Assembly (NCBI GenBank): GCA_030587475.2
Contig: JAUQYZ020000266.1
Span: 1-33,582, forward strand
Length of the DNA: 33,582 nucleotides
Reading direction: 5' to 3'
DNA from: Candidatus Sigynarchaeum calidifontis
Lineage (GTDB): Archaea > Asgardarchaeota > Lokiarchaeia > Sigyniarchaeales > Sigyniarchaeaceae
The number at the start of each line of letters is the position of its first letter. Position 1 is the stretch's first letter. Below the pieces are notes generated by a model. It was given only the letters and a program-made list of their open reading frames with translations. It did not search any database and was not told the DNA's origin. The position numbers and the translations under genes were made by a program. Positions 26,458 through 33,582 of this stretch are shown piece by piece.

Positions 26458-28731
26458 ATGATGCAACGGTCGAATCAACCTTTTATGAAGCGCTCGCCGA
26501 TGGCGGCCAGCGCCTTGATTCTCTTGATCGTCAGTACTGTGTTCATGACAGCTTGCATTATCCCGTTTGAATTTCTCAAGACGTATCCGTGGCGCATGAA
26601 GGCCGCACCCTTGATGACACGATGGGCAGCGGACGTGGATCCGGCACATGCACTGCCCGAATACCCGAGGCCACAGATGGTCAGGGAAAATTGGTTGAAC
26701 TTGAACGGGTTGTGGGATTTCGCGACTGTAGGTTATGCCCCGCCATTCCACTATCCGTACAAGATCCTCGTTCCATTCCCCATGGAATCCGCGTTATCCG
26801 GCATGATGAGCCATTCGGAACGCGTTTGGTATCGCCGGACCTTCACGGTCCCGCCGTCATGGGCAGGGGATAACGTGATTCTCCATTTCGGCGCCGTGGA
26901 TTGGCAATCTGAGGTGTTCATCAATGGCGTTTCTGCCGGCATCCATCGTGGCGGTTACGATCCATTCGAATTCGACATCACCACGTACTTGCGATCTGGC
27001 GGCGACAACGAGATCGTGGTCGGGGTATACGACCCAACAGATATGGGGTACCAGCCGAGGGGAAAGCAAAGCCTCTGGCCGTCCGGGACGTTTTACACAT
27101 CGGTGACCGGCATCTGGCAGAACGTGTGGCTCGAACCCGTTAACGAAACGCGAATCATCGATGTCAAGCTCGTGCCGGACATCGATAACGAGTGCCTTAA
27201 CATCACCGCCTTCATTTCCGGCACGGGTGCTTCGGCGGCGACCGTGCACGCGACGGCGGGGAACGGTACCGCGATTGTTGGCGTTGGATCCGGCAGCGCG
27301 AATGCCACGTTCACGGTGCCCGTGCCGGCGCCGCGGCTCTGGTCCCCCTCGTCGCCGTTCCTGTACGATCTCAACATCTCCGTGAGAAACCTCGAGGGAG
27401 ACACGGTCGACGCGATCACGAGCTATATCGGCATGCGGAAGGTCTCCATCGGTGTCCGCGACGGATACCACAAGATCCTCTTGAACGACAACTTCACGTT
27501 CCAGATCGGCCCCCTCGATCAAGGTTATTGGCCTGACGGCGTGTACACGGCCCCGACCGACGAGGCCCTCCGCTGGGACATCGAGGCCATGAAGTCGCTC
27601 GGTTTCAACATGGCTCGCAAGCACATGAAGGTCGAGCCCGACCGCTGGTACTACTGGTGTGACAAGTTAGGCCTCCTCGTCTGGCAAGACATGCCATGCG
27701 GCTCGAACACGGGCACCGAGGGGCACGCGGTATTCGAGCACGAGTTACAGCGAATGATCGAGTGCCGCAGGAACCATCCATCGATCATCACGTGGGTCGT
27801 GTTCAACGAGGGATGGGGCCAATACGACACGGTTCGCATCACGAGCTGGGTAAAGCAATTCGACCCGTCTCGCCTTGTCTCGTGCGCTAGTGGATGGACC
27901 GATTACGAGGTCGGCGACGTGAAGGACTTGCACCAATACCCCTTTCCCACTTGCCCGGTCAGCAGCAATCGCGCCGTGGTCAACGGCGAGTTCGGTGGCA
28001 TCGGCATGCACATCGAGGGGCATGCTTGGACGAACGAATCGTGGGCATACATCGGCGCCGCCAATAAGACGCAATATCACCAGTTATACGGCGCGCTTCT
28101 TTCACAGATCGAGTACCTCGCGGAGCATGCCGGCATGAGCGCGGCCGTCTACACCCAGATAACCGACATCGAGCAAGAACAGAACGGCATCGTGACGTAC
28201 GACCGGGCAGTGTTCAAGCCGGACGTGGCGAACATCTCCGCCGCGAACCAGTTCTCGATCGAACCCGTCGTGTACCGAACCGTCGTGAACACGTCACAGG
28301 TGGAAGGCCAATCCTGGAAATACACCACGTCAACGCCGGCAGCCGGCTGGCAAGACCAAGGGTTCGATGATTCGGGCTGGTCGAGTGGAACAGGCGGTTT
28401 TGGCACGTGGGGCACGCTTGGCTCGGTCGTCCGCACGAAATGGGACACCGCCGACATCTGGATGCGAAAAACATTCAATCCGGGATCGTTGAACGCGACC
28501 GAGATCGATAACCTCGTGTTCCGGGTGCAGCACGACGACGGCGTGGAGATCTACATCAACGGGGTCTTGGCATTTTCCGCAACCGGGTACATCACCATGT
28601 ACAAGAACTTCGACTTCAACGCTGCCGGGAAGGCTGCCATCGTGCCAGATGCCGAGAACGTGATAGCGGTTCACTGCCACCAGGAATGGGGCGGGCAGTC
28701 GATCGATGTTGGCATCAATGTCCGCACTTGA
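26458..28731 (+). CDS. Secreted/membrane-anchored glycoside hydrolase family 2 with C-terminal galactose-binding-like domain
   Basis: EYPRPQM.RENWLNLNGLW, LHFGAVDW, GIWQNVWLE, LDQGYWPDG, HPSIITWVVFNEGWG (acid/base), NGEFGG (nucleophile); N-terminal hydrophobic segment. Confidence 0.92.
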   Translation: MMQRSNQPFMKRSPMAASALILLIVSTVFMTACIIPFEFLKTYPWRMKAAPLMTRWAADVDPAHALPEYPRPQMVRENWLNLNGLWDFATVGYAPPFHYPYKILVPFPMESALSGMMSHSERVWYRRTFTVPPSWAGDNVILHFGAVDWQSEVFINGVSAGIHRGGYDPFEFDITTYLRSGGDNEIVVGVYDPTDMGYQPRGKQSLWPSGTFYTSVTGIWQNVWLEPVNETRIIDVKLVPDIDNECLNITAFISGTGASAATVHATAGNGTAIVGVGSGSANATFTVPVPAPRLWSPSSPFLYDLNISVRNLEGDTVDAITSYIGMRKVSIGVRDGYHKILLNDNFTFQIGPLDQGYWPDGVYTAPTDEALRWDIEAMKSLGFNMARKHMKVEPDRWYYWCDKLGLLVWQDMPCGSNTGTEGHAVFEHELQRMIECRRNHPSIITWVVFNEGWGQYDTVRITSWVKQFDPSRLVSCASGWTDYEVGDVKDLHQYPFPTCPVSSNRAVVNGEFGGIGMHIEGHAWTNESWAYIGAANKTQYHQLYGALLSQIEYLAEHAGMSAAVYTQITDIEQEQNGIVTYDRAVFKPDVANISAANQFSIEPVVYRTVVNTSQVEGQSWKYTTSTPAAGWQDQGFDDSGWSSGTGGFGTWGTLGSVVRTKWDTADIWMRKTFNPGSLNATEIDNLVFRVQHDDGVEIYINGVLAFSATGYITMYKNFDFNAAGKAAIVPDAENVIAVHCHQEWGGQSIDVGINVRT

Positions 28732-28875
28732 TTTTTCTCTTTTAATCACTGGACGAACCCTTGGGTGTTAGTGGATATCTGACGGTGTCGCTGGGGATCA
28801 AAAGGAAAAAAAGGATAGAGATTAGACAGAACCCGATGTTACTTTGGTAATCGTTACGAGATCGTGCTACCTTGC

Positions 28876-29091
28876 TTATTTCATCTTGAGCACGAGGTCG
28901 ATGTCGTCCCGGGTGAGCTTGGTGCGCTTGCTGTGGCGGGTCAACTTGAGCGCCGTGCTTGTAACTTCCTTTGCCTTGTCCTCGAGGAACGAGATGAGCA
29001 GGTCAACCGCATCCCGCGCAACGATCTGGGCGCCAACCGACTTCATGAGATCACGAACCGGAGACCAGGCCAATGCCTTCTTCTTTGCCAT
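28876..29091 (-). CDS. Archaeal histone (71 aa), copy 2
   Basis: 70/71 aa identical to 19310..19525 (N46T). Confidence 0.92.
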   Translation of the reverse strand: MAKKKALAWSPVRDLMKSVGAQIVARDAVDLLISFLEDKAKEVTSTALKLTRHSKRTKLTRDDIDLVLKMK

Positions 29092-29208
29092 ATTTTATCA
29101 TCCGCGTGTGGAATTTTTGAATTCTATTTTCGTCGAAGCCTGGTGGGAATTTCCCGTAGAGACAACGCATCCAACCAAGTCTTCTTAGGTGATTCATCCA
29201 CACATGGC

Positions 29209-29216
29209 TATTTAAA
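29209..29216 (-). promoter_or_regulatory. TATA box of histone gene 2
   Basis: TTTAAATA on the minus strand about 118 nt upstream of the ATG. Confidence 0.6.
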
Positions 29217-29908
29217 TGTTTTGTTTGATGGGGGTAAAATCCTAGCTGCCACCCGCGATCCTCGCGCCCGCGTGATCGATCCTCATGCCATCTGCCGACA
29301 AATTATCCATGCTTAAAGTGGCAAGACGCGCCCCGACCCGCGGCCTGGCGGGTTCCCGGCACATTTCGACCACCGCGATCTTGCCGACCCGCGGATCGAT
29401 CCCGCGCCGATCCCCGGCCCTCGCGCTACCCCCCATCCCCGCATGGATGGGTATCCCACGAACCAGCGCTGGCTCCAGGCCCTGGTCGATGGCAGCGATC
29501 GACAAGCCCCGCCGATCGATCCGCCCGCGGGCGCGCGCCAGCTCGCGCCTCGTCCAGCCACGGGGGAGCCAACCGCGTCGTGCGAAGCGGGTGCTGAAAA
29601 CAACGCCGCCGCGCAGCGGCAAGTCGAATCCCCGAAAACCGGTTCGTGTCGATCGGGCATGTATCGGGGGAAGATCCCTTGCACATGTCCCGGCGAGCAC
29701 CGGCGCGCGATCGGTAGGCACGAGGTGGCCGGCCCGAAACGCGGCATTCTGGTTTCCCGGCACCACAGATTCACGATCGGCGGCCGGTTCTCCACGAACG
29801 AGAAAGACACCGCAAAGGCGTGGAAATTCAAGGGACGACTGGCATCTTGGCGAAGCAATTCTGCATCTATCATGCATATAAGCCGTGAACGCCCTCGAGC
29901 AACCACCC

Positions 29909-31144
29909 ATGATACTCACGGGCATCGACAAGGTGCACGTGGTCGACCGCGTCCACGGTGACCCCCTCGCCGAGCGGCGCCTCCAACGCTTCATCGACGC
30001 ATTGAAACCACGCGAGGTCATCGACATCGATGATGACGGGCTGGAGCGCCTCGTGCGCGATAGCGGGGGCACGCGTGGCCACGAGCTCCGTACCGGGTCC
30101 TACCACCGGCGAGGCCCGCCTGCCATCATCTTCAACACCTTCCGCCACGACGATGCCGACCTTGCCAAGGCCCGGAAAGCCCACCCGGCCCTCGACACGT
30201 CCATGCTTCTCGGCCAGGGTGCGGTCACGACCCGCGCCAAGCTCAACCTCCACGGCCCCGACTGGTGCGCGTGCCAGGCTGGCGTGGAATTCCATTCCCT
30301 CTACGGTTGCCTCCACGCGTGCGACTACTGCCACGTCGAGAATTACTTGAACGTCATGCTCGATCTCGAATGGCTGGCCCGCGTCTTCGAACGAGCCGTC
30401 GCGGAGAACCCCGGCCAGCAGCTCTACAAGTACGACAACCATTCCGACACGATCTGCCTCGAGCCCGAGTACGGCGCGTCCGAACTCTTCGTCAGCCTCT
30501 TCGCGCGCCTGCCCGGCAAGTACTTGCTACTCTACACGAAGAGCGACAACGTCGACCACCTGCTCGGCCTCGATCACCGCGGGCACACGATCGTGAACTG
30601 GAGCCTGTCACCACGCACCCAGAGCACCCGCATCGAGAAGGGAACCCCGCCAGTCGCCCGTCGCATCAAGGCAATGGCGAAATGCCAGGCCGCGGGCTAC
30701 CGGGTACGCGCCCGGTTTTCGCCCATCATCCCCGTCGCTGGCTGGCGCGAGGAATATGCCGCGATGGTCGACAAGCTCTACGCCAGCGCCGAACCCGACG
30801 TGATCACGCTCGATGTCGTCGGCTTCATGAGCCCGACGCAGATGAAGGCAGCGCTGGACACGAACCTGTTCGATGATCGGGCGCGGGCGCTGCTCGATGG
30901 TCAAGAACGGCTGGACAGGCCCAGGTGGGGCAAGCACGTGTTCCCGCACGCGTACCGCAAGGAGCTCTACGAGTTCGTGATCGGCGAGATACGGCGGCAC
31001 CGCCCCGGGCAGGTCGTTTCCATATGCAACGAGACCTTCGAGATGTGGGAGGACATGGCGCCGCTGCTCGTTGCCAACGGCGACCCGGAGCGCTTCACGT
31101 GCTGCTGCGGCCCGAACTCGGTGCCAGGCGTTCACTTGCTCTGA
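29909..31144 (+). CDS. Spore photoproduct lyase (SplB)-like radical SAM protein
   Basis: GCLHACDYC, LYTKSDNVD.LL.LDH.G.T...WSL, IEKGT....RI.A......GY, FSPIIP..GW.EEY. Start 29909 or 29885. Confidence 0.82.
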   Translation: MILTGIDKVHVVDRVHGDPLAERRLQRFIDALKPREVIDIDDDGLERLVRDSGGTRGHELRTGSYHRRGPPAIIFNTFRHDDADLAKARKAHPALDTSMLLGQGAVTTRAKLNLHGPDWCACQAGVEFHSLYGCLHACDYCHVENYLNVMLDLEWLARVFERAVAENPGQQLYKYDNHSDTICLEPEYGASELFVSLFARLPGKYLLLYTKSDNVDHLLGLDHRGHTIVNWSLSPRTQSTRIEKGTPPVARRIKAMAKCQAAGYRVRARFSPIIPVAGWREEYAAMVDKLYASAEPDVITLDVVGFMSPTQMKAALDTNLFDDRARALLDGQERLDRPRWGKHVFPHAYRKELYEFVIGEIRRHRPGQVVSICNETFEMWEDMAPLLVANGDPERFTCCCGPNSVPGVHLL

Positions 31145-31549
31145 AGGAAATGCTCGAAGCCCTCGCGAACCACAATAGCTTCGACTCAAACTCAAAGCTG
31201 AACCGTTAGCTAATCGCCAATTCGGTCATAGGAACGTCGTTAAGTGAGACGCTAGTACCTTTTTAAGAGGGAAAATCGCTCCTGTTTGAATTGATCGCGT
31301 TTAAAAGTGTCCATGAAAGACATATGGATCACGGGCGAGGCCACGCTCCGCGCACGTGACCATTTCTTTCACTGGCTCGTGAGACAACGCCTTGAGATCG
31401 ATGCATCTTGTAGTAAAAAACGGCGTTCATGCGCAAAGGAATCGTCATCGCTGGTGCTCGGTCAACGTAGGGGCAATCATCACGCCGCGACTTGGACAAT
31501 TCTCAAGACTTTAACTGCATTGCGTCAGGATCGTTCGCGCTTGGATGAG

Positions 31550-31810
31550 TCACATCTTTAAAAACCGCTTCACGTCGTGTTCCTTGATCTGGTCATCGCT
31601 GGTGAACATGTCCTTAGGCTTCAAGATCGCGTCCCCTTTTTTTAGGGCAGGCACGCTACAAATGCCGAACAAGAGTGCCTCGGTCTCCAAGTTGCTATCT
31701 TTATCGATGACGACCTTGGAAAATTGAATACCAAGATTGTCAAGGAAATCTGTCAATTTAGGGCAGTGGTGGCACGTGCTCGTCGTGTACAAGAGGACGG
31801 TGTCGGTCAT
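31550..31810 (-). CDS. Glutaredoxin/NrdH-like redoxin
   Basis: LYTTSTCHHCP and SVPAL (cis-Pro) motifs. Confidence 0.88.
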   Translation of the reverse strand: MTDTVLLYTTSTCHHCPKLTDFLDNLGIQFSKVVIDKDSNLETEALLFGICSVPALKKGDAILKPKDMFTSDDQIKEHDVKRFLKM

Positions 31811-31972
31811 GCGGTTTCAACTCGTCGACAGTAAGAGAACTTGCCTGGAATAGGGATCAGCCATTTATCAAGGAGGGGAAGGGAGAGAATTTCTGAAAAT
31901 CGAGTCCTAATTCCTCGCCCCGGCCGCCATGTTATCGAATGCCGGAAACAGGATTACGGGCATGTACCGGTT

Positions 31973-32983
31973 TCATAGCCAGCCGTGATCCTTGTACCAT
32001 TTGGCTGCGTCTTGTAACATCGACTCGAACGAGATCTGGGGCCGCCAGCCGAGCAATTTTTTCGCTTTTTCAGAACTCACGTTCCAGCCAGGCGCGCTTC
32101 CCTCGATCATCTTTGATTTATTGAGGAATGGCGTCTTGCCCGTGATCTTGCCGAAGAATTCCATGAGGTTGGCAAAAAAAATGGCAGATCTCGGCGACAT
32201 CACCAGCGTCCGCAGCGGTTTTTGCCGATTAAAGACTTTCTTGGCCAGGATGTCTTGTGCCACGCCCCAATCGACCGGATCTTCCATGCCGAAGAAAAAA
32301 ACCTGCCCGATGGCCTCCGGGCGCGTCGCCGCGAGGTACACGCCCTCGCAAAGGTCGCGAACGTCGATGAAACTGTAGAGCTTTTCCTCCCTGGTCACGA
32401 TCAGCTTTATCCCGGCCTTCACCGACTTGAACAGGTCAAAGCTCGGCACGTCTCCCCCGCCGAATACCATCGCCGGGCGGACGATCGTGATCGGCAGCTT
32501 GTCCATGTAGGGCTTGATCGCTCGTTCCATCTTCCATTTCGACGTGCCATAAAGATCCCCTTCGAGAGGGCGTGGCTCGTCGTCTTCTTGTACCGGGCGG
32601 CCCGGCGGGGATGGCCCGGCCGCGGCCATGGAGGAGAACATGACGAGTCGCTGGAGCCGCGGGTTGACATCGAGCAACGCCTCGCAAACGTTCTTGTACC
32701 CGTCCACGTTGACGTGGTCGAAATCTTCTTGTTTGAACCCCTTGAGCACGCCTGCCGTGTTGAAAACGACATCCATGCCTGCAAAAATCTTTTTCAACGA
32801 GTCGATATCCGTCACGTCGCCGTATTCCAGAGCGATCCCATCGAGTCCCGGGTTTATATCCTTGAGCAAGGATAAATCGCTGGTTTTTCGAACCATTGCA
32901 TGTACTTCGAGGCCTTTATTTATCAAGCATTTACAGAGATACGACCCAATGAACCCGTTCGCGCCGGTTACTACTGCCTTCAT
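31973..32983 (-). CDS. NAD-dependent epimerase/dehydratase (extended SDR)
   Basis: VTGANGFIGS, SSMAA, YGTSK (YxxxK), IVRP..VFG, IDVRD. Confidence 0.92.
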   Translation of the reverse strand: MKAVVTGANGFIGSYLCKCLINKGLEVHAMVRKTSDLSLLKDINPGLDGIALEYGDVTDIDSLKKIFAGMDVVFNTAGVLKGFKQEDFDHVNVDGYKNVCEALLDVNPRLQRLVMFSSMAAAGPSPPGRPVQEDDEPRPLEGDLYGTSKWKMERAIKPYMDKLPITIVRPAMVFGGGDVPSFDLFKSVKAGIKLIVTREEKLYSFIDVRDLCEGVYLAATRPEAIGQVFFFGMEDPVDWGVAQDILAKKVFNRQKPLRTLVMSPRSAIFFANLMEFFGKITGKTPFLNKSKMIEGSAPGWNVSSEKAKKLLGWRPQISFESMLQDAAKWYKDHGWL

Positions 32984-33084
32984 GGATAATCCCTGGATGT
33001 TGATCGCTGATCCACCACTCGCGCGGAGGGTTCTTAATCGTGCACCGTACTCATTACCTCATCCATCAACCGAGTGAGCATGCC

Positions 33085-33369
33085 ATGTCAAATACCGGAA
33101 AGGTTCGTGCCTCGCACATCCTCGTGGAAAAACAGAGCCAAGCACTCGATATCTTGAAAAAAATCGAAGCTGGTGATGATTTCAAGAAACTTGCCCTCCA
33201 GTTTTCGACTTGTCCTTCGCGGAAAAAGGGCGGGGATCTCGGCTTCTTCGGCCGCGGCCAGATGGTCAAGGAATTCGAGACCGCAGCCTACGCGTTGAAG
33301 GTCGGCGAAATGACGAAGGCGCCCGTCAAGACGAAGTTTGGTTATCACATCATCTTGCGGACGGGCTAG
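33085..33369 (+). CDS. ppiC: Parvulin-type peptidyl-prolyl cis-trans isomerase
   Basis: [46 protein letters not shown]. Confidence 0.95.
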   Translation: MSNTGKVRASHILVEKQSQALDILKKIEAGDDFKKLALQFSTCPSRKKGGDLGFFGRGQMVKEFETAAYALKVGEMTKAPVKTKFGYHIILRTG

Positions 33370-33417
33370 GCCATCGAGACACCATTTTCTTTTTTACAAT
33401 TCGAGGGGCTGCCCCAG

Positions 33418-33582
33418 ATGCCGGTTGAAACCCCGGAACTCGTTTTTTTTTCCCCCGTGCTTTCCGAGAACATGTTGGAGACTTGTGGTAAGTGCAACGC
33501 GTGCCGGCACGCGTGCCCCGTCCACGCGATCTCTGTTGATACGACCGGCGCGACGGTCGACCGCGAGGCATGCGCGCGGAAC
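33418..33582 (+). CDS. 4Fe-4S ferredoxin-domain protein, 3' truncated (not in ORF track)
   Basis: Manual translation MPVETPELVFFSPVLSENMLETCGKCNACRHACPVHAISVDTTGATVDREACARN contains CxxCxxCxxxCP; GAGGGG upstream of the ATG. Confidence 0.85.
   Translation, partial: MPVETPELVFFSPVLSENMLETCGKCNACRHACPVHAISVDTTGATVDREACARN

Noticed and set aside
19526-28875. Segment between the histones as a bona fide mobile element
   Set aside because: No integrase, transposase, att site or target duplication seen; only vapBC and accessory content.
29242-30072. Several long overlapping ORFs in the gap upstream of histone 2
   Set aside because: Arg/Pro/Gly-rich, no recognisable motifs, expected by chance at high GC.
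31307-31561. 84-aa ORF between the SplB-like gene and the glutaredoxin
   Set aside because: No recognisable motif, atypical composition, overlaps the glutaredoxin end; cannot be supported.
33395-33455. GC-rich stretch followed by a T run, resembling a terminator or small RNA
   Set aside because: It reads in frame as the N-terminus of the ferredoxin ORF starting at 33418; no convincing stem.

Overview
Archaeal chromosomal window, by inference from an Asgard (Lokiarchaeia-like) genome, judged from the histone type, the WD40 protein and the many UroD-family and radical SAM genes. The left third is mostly information processing and core metabolism: RPA (5' truncated), pyrD-pyrK-elp3, a COG1395-type HTH regulator with rnhB, nop5-fibrillarin and a divergent HDAC. 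The best candidate for an undescribed system is at 11.9-14.2 kb. There an ECF S-component gene lies directly upstream of a threonine-synthase-like protein whose Schiff-base Lys is replaced by Arg and which is fused to a C-terminal winged HTH. The pair is preceded by two interlocked perfect CTAGTCAA-N7-TTGACTAG palindromes next to a TATA box, which suggests a pseudoenzyme-based vitamin B6 sensing repressor and uptake module. Two histone genes (70/71 aa identical) face each other about 9.3 kb apart, share leader motifs and show mosaic nucleotide identity. Between them lie accessory genes: ceramidase-like, sugar epimerase, WD40, vapBC, radical SAM/SPASM and a secreted GH2. The right end has an SplB-like radical SAM protein, a glutaredoxin, an SDR epimerase, a parvulin and a 3' truncated ferredoxin missing from the ORF track. 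I saw no tRNA, rRNA, CRISPR array or transposase. All family assignments come from motifs recognised by eye, not database searches.
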